64,000 nt of DNA from Basidiobolus meristosporus CBS 931.73 (taxonomy: Eukaryota > Fungi > Basidiobolomycota). Shown here in pieces: positions 36,820 through 47,646 of this stretch. Made by a program: the position numbers and the translations under genes. The notes under the pieces are model-generated. The model searched no databases. It saw nothing but the letters and a program-made list of their open reading frames with translations, and was not told the DNA's origin. Numbering within the stretch: position 1 is the first letter of the stretch; the number at the start of each line of letters is the position of its first letter. The DNA lies in assembly GCA_002104905.1 (NCBI GenBank), contig MCFE01000114.1, forward strand, positions 1-64,000. The letters are read 5' to 3'.

Positions 36820-38087
36820 CTACTGGTTGGAGTTGAACACCAAAAGGTTGGGGGTAGTACCCTTCAGTCCTGTAATCGCATTCTTGGTAGCCTTCGATTG
36901 AAGGGCTGAGTAGACTTCAGCTGGGCTGTTCAATCCCCCTTGGGACAAATACAGCGCTGCAACACCAGCAACATGGGGGCTGGCCATACTGGTTCCCGAG
37001 ATCTTGTTCGATGCATTGGTGCTTCCAATCCAGGCTGATGTGATATCCTGGCCTGGGGCCAAGATCTTCACACACTTTCCATAGTTGCTGAAGCTGGCCG
37101 AGGTGTCGGAGATGGTGGTGGCACCAACGGCGAATGCTTGATCGGCATTGGCAGGGGTGACATTGCAGGCATCTTGGCTCTCATTACCTGCAGCAACAAT
37201 GAAGGTGACGCCAGCCTGGACAGCAGCGTTGACTGCTTGCTTCAATGCCTCACTATTACCTCCGCCAAGTGACATGTTGGCAACACTCTTGCGGCCACTC
37301 TTCTTGGCTTGCTCAGCAACCCAGTTGACTCCAGAGATGACCCCGGAGGTGGTGCCACTTCCACTGCCACTCAGCACCTTGACTCCGATGAGCTTGGCCT
37401 TCTTGGCCACACCATAGGTGTTGCCACCAACAGTGCCTGATACATGGGTGCCGTGACCGTTGAGATCATCAGTAGCCTCGCCAGTGATGAAGCTCACGGG
37501 GAGGGTGGCTCTGCCACTGAACTCGGTGTGCTTGACATTGATACCAGTATCGATGATGTACACATCAACTCCTTCACCAGCTGAGTCGGGGTAGTTGTAG
37601 GGGGCACTGGTGTCACGGGTGCGCTGAGAGATTCTCGGAAGACCCCAGCTTGGAGGGTTGGTCTGGACACCGGAGATGGTGAACACTTGCTCAGCCTCGA
37701 CATACTCGACATCTCCATGAGCCTTGAGCTCGGTGACCAAGCCTTGGCTAAGAGTACCGGCATATGCGTTGAAGTTCTTCAGAGAGAACTTGCTCTTGAG
37801 CTCGTTCTTCAGTCCGTTGTTACCAATACGACCGCGGTTATACTGGTCAAGCTTGGTCTTCAAGAATTGGTCCACTATAAAAGATAACGATAACCATCGA
37901 TTAGTCGCCTAATTCTCTGACACTAGGGCTGCCCAATCACTACAAGCATACCTTTGTTGGAATCGGCCCCTTCCTTGATCTTGACGATGTACTTGTTGGA
38001 GACATCCACGATTTGAGCCTCGGTCAACTGAGCAGTCAGAAGAATGGCAACCAGGGAACCCAAAGTGAAAGTGCGGAAATTGACCAT
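36820..38087 (-). CDS. S8A subtilisin copy 10, subtype B; exons 38087-37952 and 37874-36820
   Basis: Intact triad; 77-bp intron; propeptide variant RGRIG. Confidence 0.96.
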
Positions 38088-38484
38088 GATAAAATAGATG
38101 ATTCAATAAGTGATGATATATTGCAATGCGCAGCTGCTACGTTATATAGTTTCAAGGGTGCTCAATCCAGACGTGGTCCAAAATGTTCCTTACCTTATTA
38201 AACTGCAAGATTGCTAGGTACTTTGTAGCACAAAGGTGCTGGTCATGGGAATTTCCCCATCACGGATTAACTACTACACTGGCTAATTCGTATCTCGATA
38301 CGATGTGCTACATTTCTCACGTGATTAAATCTCTTTGATATTCAAACCCTCACAAAGAATAGCGAATCAGCATGGAATGTGGATCCTTTTCGGAATCCCT
38401 AAAGACTGGTGTGACCATCGAGTTTTGACCATTGCGTGGTCAACTGGGCTTCTCGATGCACCTGACTCAACATTTGCCGATCCT

Positions 38485-38500
38485 TTCCATATTTCCGGAA
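38485..38500. promoter_or_regulatory. TTCC-N8-GGAA dyad upstream of copy 10
   Basis: ttccatatttccggaa, about 398 bp upstream. Confidence 0.5.
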
Positions 38501-38900
38501 TGGCGATGGTGTCCATACCCTAATTACTATCTTGCAATGAGGGATTACCAAACGTCCAGTTGTATGGTGAATTACTATTACTGGAGCCCTCTGTTTCAAA
38601 TAAACTGGGATACGGCAATATGATAAAATACACCTTTGGTTTTGCTTCCCACCAAATATCCATAACCGCGGTAAAGGTCAGTAAACTATAATTATTCGCA
38701 GATGGAAACCCCTTCTTGATTTACGATTAATCTAGAAAAATTACCTTGGTTCTATTGGTGTTGACCCGGTGATACGCACACTTTCCAGTATATTCCTATT
38801 CTCTTAGTTTCATTTCCTTTCAACTTGGTGCTCATCATAAAAGGTTTAACTTGGTATTTATTTGATCATATCCTGCTCGAAACGTTGTGATCATCCAAAC

Positions 38901-40168
38901 TTACTGGTTGGAGTTGAACACCAAAAGGTTAGGGGTGGTGCCCTTCAATCCAGTAATCGCATTCTTGGTGGCCTTCGATTGAAGGGCTGAGTAGACTTCA
39001 GCTGGGCTGTTCAATCCCCCTTGGGACAAATACAGTGCTGCAACACCAGCAACATGGGGGCTGGCCATACTGGTGCCCGAGATCTTGTTCGATGCATTGG
39101 TGCTTCCAATCCAGGCTGATGTGATGTCCTGGCCTGGGGCCAAGATCTTCACACACTTGCCATAGTTGCTGAAGCTGGCCGAGGTGTCAGAGATGGTGGT
39201 AGCTCCAACGGCGAATGCTTGATCGGCATTGGCAGGGGTGACATTGCAGGCATCTTGGCTCTCATTACCTGCAGCAACAATGAAGGTGACGCCAGCCTGG
39301 ACAGCAGCGTTGACAGCCTGTTTCAATGCCTCACTGTTACCTCCACCAAGTGACATGTTGGCAACACTCTTGCGGCCACTCTTCTTGGCTTGCTCGGCAA
39401 CCCAGTTGACTCCAGAGATGACCCCGGAGGTGGTGCCGCTTCCACTGCCACTCAGCACCTTGACTCCGATGAGTTTGGCCTTCTTGGCCACACCATAGGT
39501 GTTACCACCAACAGTACCTGACACATGGGTGCCGTGACCGTTGAGATCATCAGTAGCCTCGCCAGTGATGAAGCTCACGGGGAGGGTGGCTCTGCCACTG
39601 AACTCGGTGTGCTTGACATTGATACCAGTATCGATGATGTACACATCAACTCCTTCACCAGCTGAGTCGGGGTAGTTGTAGGGGGCACTGGTGTCACGGG
39701 TGCGCTGAGAGATTCTCGGAAGACCCCAGCTTGGAGGGTTGGTCTGGACACCGGAGATGGTGAACACTTGCTCAGCCTCGACATACTCGACATCTCCATG
39801 AGCCTTGAGCTCGGTGACCAAGCCTTGGCTAAGAGTACCGGCATATGCGTTGAAGTTCTTCAGAGAGAACTTGCTCTTGAGCTCGTTCTTCAGTCCGTTG
39901 TTGCCACTACGACCGCGGTTATATTGGTCAAGCTTCGTCTTCAAGAATTGGTCCACTATAAAAGACAACGATAACCATCGATTAGTCGCCTAATTCTCTG
40001 ACACTAGGGCTGCCCAATCACTACAAGCATACCTTTGTTGGAATCGGCCCCTTCCTTGATCTTGACGATGTACTTGTTGGAGACATCCACGATTTGAGCC
40101 TCGGTCAACTGAGCAGTCAGGAGAATGGCAACCAAAGAGCCCAGAGTGAAAGTGCGGAAATTGACCAT
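38901..40168 (-). CDS. S8A subtilisin copy 11, subtype B; exons 40168-40033 and 39955-38901
   Basis: Intact triad; 77-bp intron differing from that of copy 10 at one base. Confidence 0.96.
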
Positions 40169-40566
40169 GATATAATGAATGCTTCAACGTGTGATGATAC
40201 ATTGGAAAGTGCGATTGCCCAGTTTTATAGCTTCATGAAGAATCAATCTAGCTATGTTCCACATTCATATTACCTGACTGAATCGCAGGATTGATGGTTA
40301 CATTCAAGCACGCAGATGATAGTCTTGGGAACTTCCCCGCCTCGGATTATCTACTAAATTGGCTAATGCATATCTCGATACGATGACCTACATTTCTCTC
40401 GTGATCAAACCTCATTGATATTCGGAACTCCCACGAACAACAGCGAATCAGTCTGGGGTATATGTGCATTTTCTGAGTGCCCAGAAACTAGTATGTGCAC
40501 TGGTTCTGGACTATTGCGTAGTTGACTGGACTTCTCGATGCATCTGACTAATCAGCTGCAGATTCT

Positions 40567-40582
40567 TTCCATGCTTCAGGAA
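40567..40582. promoter_or_regulatory. TTCC-N8-GGAA dyad upstream of copy 11
   Basis: ttccatgcttcaggaa, about 399 bp upstream. Confidence 0.5.
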
Positions 40583-40980
40583 TGGTAATGGTGTTCGCAA
40601 CTGGATTGTCACAAAGCCAGGAGAATTCAGGTAACTTTTGATTTGAATATAATTACTGATAAATAATCATTGATACGATATATGCAACTTGATTGAGTCG
40701 CTTTCCATATAATATTCGCAACCACGGTAACGTTATGAGCAACTCGGCTTACTCGTATTCGGGGGCGCTCAAGTCGCATGTACCACTACTTTTCCTATCT
40801 TAAATCTTGTCTATACCGACCATCTGTTGAGTTACTGAAGATTAGCCCATTGCTATGCATGCTCTTCAAATGGCCTCTTCTGTTTGTTGTATTCCGCTTT
40901 ATATTAATGATTATTATAAGAATCTCAACTTGGTATTTATTTGAATCATATCCTGCTCGAAATGTTGTGATCATCCAAAC

Positions 40981-42236
40981 TTACTGGTTGGAGTTGAACA
41001 CCAAAAGGTTGGGTGTAGTTCCCTTCAATCCAGTGATCGCATTCTTGGTAGCCTTCGATTGAAGGGCTGAGTAGACTTCAGCTGGGCTGTTCAATCCCCC
41101 TTGGGACAAATACAGTGCTGCAACACCAGCAACATGGGGGCTGGCCATACTGGTGCCCGAGATCTTGTTCGATGCGTTGGTGCTTCCAATCCAGGCTGAT
41201 GTGATATCCTGGCCTGGGGCCAAGATCTTCACACACTTGCCATAGTTGCTGAAGCTGGCTGAGGTGTCGGAGATGGTGGTAGCTCCAACCGCGAATGCTT
41301 GATCGGCATTGGCAGGGGTGACATTGCAGGCATCTTGGCTCTCATTACCTGCAGCAACAATGAAGGTGACGCCAGCCTGGACAGCAGCGTTGACAGCCTG
41401 TTTCAATGCCTCACTGTTACCTCCACCAAGTGACATGTTGGCAACACTCTTGCGGCCACTCTTCTTGGCTTGCTCGGCAACCCAGTTGACTCCAGAGATG
41501 ACCCCGGAGGTGGTGCCGCTTCCACTGCCACTCAGTACCTTGACTCCGATGAGCTTGGCCTTCTTGGCCACACCATAGGTGTTGCCACCAACAGTGCCTG
41601 ACACGTGGGTACCGTGACCGTTGAGATCATCAGTAGCCTCGCCAGTGATGAAGCTCACAGGGAGGGTAGCTCTGCCACTGAACTCGGTGTGCTTGACATT
41701 GATACCAGTATCGATGATGTACACATCAACTCCTTCACCAGCTGAGTCGGGGTAGTTGTAGGGGGCACTGGTGTCACGGGTGCGCTGAGAGATTCTCGGA
41801 AGACCCCAGCTTGGAGGGTTGGTCTGGACACCGGAGATGGTGAACACTTGCTCAGCCTCGACATACTCGACATCCCCATGAGCCTTGAGCTCGGTGACCA
41901 AGCCTTGGCTGAGGGTACCGGCATAGGCGTTGAAGTTCTTCAGAGAGAACTTGCTCTTGAGCTCGTTCTTCAGTCCATTGTTACCACTGCGGCCACGGTT
42001 ATATTGGTCAAGCTTCGTCTTCAAGAATTGATCAACTGTGAAACCAGTCAATAGAATGGGTTAGAATTGGCAATACTATCTTAGATCACTCCCACATTAC
42101 CTTTGTTGGAATCAGCACCCTGCTTGATCTTGACGATGTACTTGTTGGAGACATCAACGATTTGAGCCTCGGTCAACTGAGCAGTCAAGAGGATGGCAAC
42201 CAGGGAGCCTAAAGTGAAAGTGCGAATGTTAACCAT
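40981..42236 (-). CDS. S8A subtilisin copy 12, subtype B; exons 42236-42101 and 42035-40981
   Basis: Intact triad; 65-bp intron. Confidence 0.96.
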
Positions 42237-42634
42237 AGCGATAGTGCTGAAACGCTGTCTGTTGTCTGTTTTAGCAGTTGGCTCGTCCCTTTATATATTT
42301 GTGTTGGAACTGGAGCTCTGTTGAAAACCTGCTTCTTTTGGCATCGTGATTAACATACTGAAAACTGGTAGAACGGACTCAATCAGCATCATGACATTTT
42401 GCAATTGATAGGCTCTCTACCCATGTGCTGTAGTGTATCCAGATTATAATTATTACGATTTCTCATGAGCATAGCGAGTTTTTCTCCTGGGTGACTACGC
42501 AAATTCCTTGAATCGGGATATTCTATACCCATCCGCTTGCTATTATGGAAACGGTGCAATGTTGAACAAGTTATCTGTAATATATGGAATGGCTAGTAAT
42601 TGCGAATATCTCCCTGGGAACACTTGCCGATCCT

Positions 42635-42650
42635 TTCCATATTTCGGGAA
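42635..42650. promoter_or_regulatory. TTCC-N8-GGAA dyad upstream of copy 12
   Basis: ttccatatttcgggaa, about 399 bp upstream. Confidence 0.5.
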
Positions 42651-43029
42651 CGTAGATGTGAATATTGTAGGCACCATTCCGTCAGTTGATAAGAAATCTG
42701 TACCATTGCCAATTTGGTTGATTTGGCATATAGCAGTATATGTTAGATGGAAAGTGTTTTGTGTAGGCGGCTATACCTCGTGCGACGCGTCTACATTATG
42801 ACTTTGTGGAGTGTTTCATTTGGTAACTTGTGATAATTGTCTTGTAATTTCCAATTTTATTGGGTGGCTGCTTCTTATTAGCTCTCTTGGGCGTAGGATT
42901 TCACCATACTTTACATTCTACAGTCATTTCATTGCGTTGAGCTGCTGGCCATCTGGTTCTATAGCTAAGCGCGATTTCCACGATACTGGATGTTGGTTTT
43001 TTTTTATTATCCTACGTTTATAGTTTTCA

Positions 43030-44150
43030 TATGGAAATATACTGGTTGCATCAGAGGTTTGGAAGGCTGATGGGATCTTAGGTAACCTTGAGTTAAAGGA
43101 TGAATGGCACTTTACCTGGGAATCTCAATCATCCTTGGGAAAATACTAAGCGATACCCCCGGTTACATGTGGACTAGCTATACTAGAGCCGGAGATTTCT
43201 TCGGAAGCGATATACCTAATAATAGCAGCACCGGTAACAGAAACCATGGTACTACCAGCTCACTGAGAGGTTGTTGGATGGTCTTTGCTTAAACACTAGA
43301 GATGGTGAGCACATGCTCATCATACCGGACAATATCATGTTAGCCTAGACTTTGTTGCTTGATAATAGGCTATTCTCAACCCCCGGGGCATGCTAAATGA
43401 CACTCCAGTGTCACGGGAGTCACCTCTCCACCAGCCAAAGCTATTATGACGATATCTCCCAAGTATTCGTACCTGTATTGCGGCAAGCTTCTAGTCTTTC
43501 AGGTGCGATAAGTAACTGGGATGACTTGATTTCTATTCGGAAGCTAATACGTGAGTGGAACCTGAAGTTAATAAACCCATTGGAATCCTTGTACTGGGGT
43601 CAATCCTTTCCATATTGATGATGTGAAAACATCAGCCATGAACGTGACTCGATTCATTCCCAGGTTTGATGAGCGAACTAGTCAGTGACCAGAAAGGAAA
43701 AATGGTTTCATTCGAATGGTCTTGGACCGGTATTTTCTTTACCTAGGATTGCGTCTCTACTGTGGTACTGCTACCGGTAGTATGCATGAATCCCCAACTT
43801 ACCTCTGGATTCATCACCGTTCCAAGAATACCGTAGCAACACAATGTAGAAACCATTACCGGTGTTTCGTTTGTTTCAGAGGATTTTGTGCGGATTTTGA
43901 ATTCCATGATAAGCTGGTGAACATAACCTCACCATTTTTAACATCCTCATGAATTTTGGAACCTTGGCTGAGTGTACAATGAAAGATATTGGGAGGGGAC
44001 CTGTTCGTGAGTTTGTTTTTTGGTTAACCAGGGATTCCATAGTCATTGTCTTGAGCATGCGTGATTAAAGTCCCATTTGAACAATCAACAAGATTGCGAA
44101 TCAGTTTAGATAGTTTACCATAGTTGCAATTCGCTCTCGAGACTGTGTAC
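43030..44150 (-). pseudogene. Heavily decayed subtilisin relic 4 at the array edge (approximate limits)
   Basis: The minus strand gives ISGSSIASPHVTGGIA*Y near 43130-43200 (vs ISGTSMASPHVAGVAALY), tattgatgatgtgaaaacatc near 43613 (IIDTG region) and TLSQG..HEDV near 43940-43975. Confidence 0.7.
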
Positions 44151-44492
44151 AGTAATATGTAGGCCATTAGTGGAGGGGACATGCTGCTTCATTGTCGATT
44201 AAGGCCCATATCAAATCTACTCTCATCACTGGTCCTGCTGCGTTTGTAACTGTCGGTTGGGTATAGAACCACAACTGGTTAACTGGTGAACACTCAAGTG
44301 AGATACGAATTTTTTATTGATCTCAACGTCTAGATATAGAGTAAATGAACATATAATTTGAGCTTTTGCACTGCCAAAACGAGTGACTGAAAATTGTACA
44401 TTGTAAAATCGGGAGGTATCTGGCAAACAACAGTATTGTGAAAGCCATGGATCCACAAACTTTCACATTTCAAGACTATCCACCCTTCTCAT

Positions 44493-44832
44493 TTAAAGAG
44501 GAGTGACGGTTTTGCCAGTCTTCTTAATGGTGTTCATGATATCTTCCTGGGAAGCAGTTCCTTGAACAACAACGAGTTGTTCTTCCAAGGAGATGTCAAC
44601 TTTCTCAACACCTGGAACGGAAAGATACGTCAGTGATCAGGACGGATAAAGCAACGGCTCGAGAAATGATAGTTACCACTCAATTTGTTGAGAACTCTGT
44701 TGACGGCACCAGTGCAACCAGAGCAGGTCATACCGACTTTGAATTTGTAGATTTGCTGTGTATCAGATAAAGATCAGATAAGTGTGAAATAACTGAAGAA
44801 TTGTAGAGACGTGCACTCACCGATCCGGACAT
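44493..44832 (-). CDS. ATX1: Copper metallochaperone Atx1/ATOX1 (HMA domain); exons 44832-44821, 44755-44677, 44611-44493
   Basis: Spliced product MSGSQIYKFKVGMTCSGCTGAVNRVLNKLSGVEKVDISLEEQLVVVQGTASQEDIMNTIKKTGKTVTPL carries MTCxGC and the C-terminal KKTGK. Missed by the ORF track because of its introns. Confidence 0.92.
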
Positions 44833-45500
44833 GTTGTTGTGTTGTAGATGAACTCTAGAGAATTTGTTGGGACATCCAAGAGATACATCCGCCCGTATTT
44901 ATAGGTGATTCATTCCATTCCTTCCTCACTTCCATATATGTTCAAGTGATTATTAATATTTACCGAGGTGAGATGCGGAACCGAGGCTCCTACTGATTGG
45001 TTGACTCGCGGAAAGCCAGTGCTCTTCCATTGAGTAGTTTATGCCATTGGAAGAATTGTCGGAGGGAAAATAGCGATTGGCCAAAATGAGGACAACGTGC
45101 TATGCCGAGTTTAGAAATGAGGCTTCCATTGAAGTATTCATCCTCGAAACCCTTGACAATTGCGAGCACAATCGTGGCAATGACGACATTTCGAGGTTTG
45201 ATAAAGAGCTTGGAAACGTAAACACCTCATGCAGATCAATCAGCACCACCATTCTAAGGCTGCTTGGTCCGCAATTTCGTTTTGGAATCTAGAACTCCAA
45301 TCATTTTGATTTGCCTGATCGAAATCAACTGTCTGGATCGATCAACGGTTGATCGATTATCAATCACTACGATCAATGCACGGAATTGGTTGCAAAATTT
45401 CATTTATGTAGGATATTCAAGATAGAACTTAAATGGGGTTTACGTTGAACTATATTAACAGGATGATAATGATGGTTACAGCTAGGTTGTTTCCAACAGG

Positions 45501-45971
45501 TTACAAGAATGAATCAATGAACAACCCTAGGATGCAGGCAAGCCCAATTACCCATACAGCAGACCGGGTCGAACTGTAGTCAAAGATATAGAGGAAGGGG
45601 TAGATAGCGCGTACTGCGACAAACAGAATACAAAACACAACACCAGCCGTGGAGCTTGGGTTACCCAGATAGTGAACCAAACTGGCGATACCAAAAAAGC
45701 CGAAGGCCTCGAACGTATTATTGCTACAAGCCACCGCACGGCTTCCCCATCCGCTCTAGAAATCGATCCCAATAAAAGATTACTTTGAAGTCCTGCCGGG
45801 ATACTGGACGATACAACTTACCAGGTTGGCGTATTGTTGCCGGGGGTTGGCGTTGTCGAAGCCAGCACGGCGCTGAGCCAGTCGAACAGGGACCAAGGTT
45901 AAAAACCAGATGAGGAATACGGTGAAAATACATCCAAAGTGGATGTTCGCTTCTCTAGTTGGAAATGACAT
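45501..45971 (-). CDS. MAPEG-family membrane protein, 134 aa; exons 45971-45822 and 45755-45501
   Basis: A 66-bp GTAAGT..TAG intron joins DNANPRQQYANL/SGWGSRAVACSNNTFEAF; several hydrophobic helices follow, including RAIYPFLYI. Confidence 0.85.
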
Positions 45972-46584
45972 GGTAGGTGGGTGGGTGGGGAATGTGAAGA
46001 AAGTAGCGCGGCAGTACGTTTTAAATACACCAAACAACTTCCAAAAGCGAGCGTTTCCCTTGATTTAAGATCATGAAGTAATTATGAATTCACCGATCCC
46101 TACCTTGACTGGCTGCATTTCGTGTACTACCAACATTATGACGAGGCATCTGATTTCATCGGCTGGAATGATCGGGAGGATGAGCTATCATTAGTCACCC
46201 CGTTCGATCGCTAATCAAGCTGGGCTCATTGTTGGTTTTTTTCATCACTAAAGATGCCAAATCGTTTAGACCATTCTGGTGCGTTATGCACCGATTGCTA
46301 TACGCCCATGCATTTCTCGAAATTATCCGCCTTTGCACAAAAACCTACAGCTTGAGGGAGGGGTAGAAGCATGCAATGAAAAGGAGGGGATGTGACTGAT
46401 CTATCCCACAACGTCATATATTAAGTGGCCAGGTGGCCACGACGTGAGCCTTACTTCAACCACTCCTCCAACGTTTGCAGCGTGATTCATCTATTCCTTC
46501 ATCTAGAGGTTGGCATCGTATCGGTGGCACCATTCATGCAATTTAGCAAACTCCGGAACCAAGCCTTCACACAACAACCACCCA

Positions 46585-47596
46585 ATGGTATTAATCTTTG
46601 CGTTTCTTACGACCATCTGCTTCATACATTCTATTTACGGGATCGGCTTTCCGTACTGTCAAGGGCAATACGCAGTGAACTCTCAGAATTGCGGCCAGTT
46701 TGATTTCCGACGCTTGCCAACGGCCACCTGCGCACCTAGACCAATCCAACAAGTAGAGAACTCCGCCTCCGATGTCCCAGATATTACTCGTCGATTGATC
46801 ATATCCATCACCAATGTATTTGAGAGCTTCCAGGTCAGCTTGGACTATCCCTTCTGTAGAAACGTGAAAGATGGCCTGGGCTTCACCTGCGGCTACGCTG
46901 GCTTCACTACCGCCAATGGGGACGCCCTTGATGGTGATAGAGGAGTACCAGCGCATGTTGAACGGCTCAGAGAATCCGTTTGAGAAGTATATGGGCGAGC
47001 TGCGTCGTCTGGCCGATCCGAACGACTGTATATCCGTTAAAGGGGACGTTAGTAGACTACGCGGGTTCCCAGCGGTATGGCGGCGGGCCTCTTGCGACCC
47101 GTTGTTCAGGCGTGCCCAAGATCGGGTCGGCCATAAACGACACTTGGTGCCCGCCATGAACCTTGCCTGGGAGGTGGGCGTCCGAAGCAACCTAGGAAAG
47201 GCCATCTTCTACGACACTGCAGTTCAACATGGTCATGACGTGGACAACGGAGTCAGCTTACGAACGCTGATCAAAATGGCCGGATCCCTCAACATCACCG
47301 AAGCCGAGTATCTGGATCGCTTCTTGAAGCTCCGAAGGAAGATGCTCTGCTGCTATCCGGACACGATATGGCCCGCCACGGCTGACCGCATCAGTGACTT
47401 GACGAATCTGTTACAATCCGGGAACCTACAGTTGTCCACGCCGATTAGGCTGATAAGCTACCAGTACCAGCTAACTGGTCAAGAAAGACTGGATGTGACA
47501 TGCACGAGTGAAGCCAAAAGTCGTTTTGCCAAGTTTTATTCCTTAGAAGCATTCGCGAGTGTTGCCACGGTATGGATCATATGGTATCTGCTATAA
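46585..47596 (+). CDS. GH46 chitosanase-like protein, secreted with a hydrophobic C-terminal tail; 1-bp frameshift near 46925-46930
   Basis: Signal peptide at 46585; ITNVFES (catalytic Glu), KDGLGFTCGYAGFTTANGDAL (catalytic Asp region), then after a frame change VIEEY...FEKYMGELRRLA, FRRAQD, AIFYDTAVQHG. Confidence 0.85.
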
Positions 47597-47646
47597 TCGG
47601 TTGTAAATAAACACACATATCCACCAAACACCCCCTCGGCGTGGGG

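Larger units (their letters stand above)
14712..44150 (-). repeat. Tandem array of S8A subtilisin genes: 12 full-length copies plus 4 relics, unit about 2.0-2.1 kb
   Basis: ATGs at 15967, 17854, 22183, 24339, 27845, 29859, 31866, 33966, 36063, 38087, 40168 and 42236. All are on the minus strand with a 136-nt exon 1 and a phase-1 intron. Confidence 0.97.

Noticed and set aside
14832-42054. Recurrent plus-strand and alternate-frame ORFs (e.g. MAGVTLQASWLSLPAATMK..., MLSLDILDI...) repeated at every array unit
   Set aside because: They are antisense or off-frame shadows of the codon-biased subtilisin CDS; they recur only because the sense gene is repeated, and their starts and lengths vary between copies.
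14712-42236. Array as a pure assembly artefact (one gene duplicated by the assembler)
   Set aside because: Each copy has distinct synonymous SNPs, intron, stop codon and spacer, and decayed relics are interspersed; individual junctions still need long-read confirmation.
14712-44150. CRISPR-like or diversity-generating cassette interpretation of the regular repeats
   Set aside because: The repeat units are whole intron-containing eukaryotic genes with their own promoters; there are no short repeat-spacer units, no cas or RT genes, and the protein is homogenised rather than diversified.
46591-47205. 204-aa minus-strand ORF
   Set aside because: Antisense shadow of the GH46 gene; no motifs.
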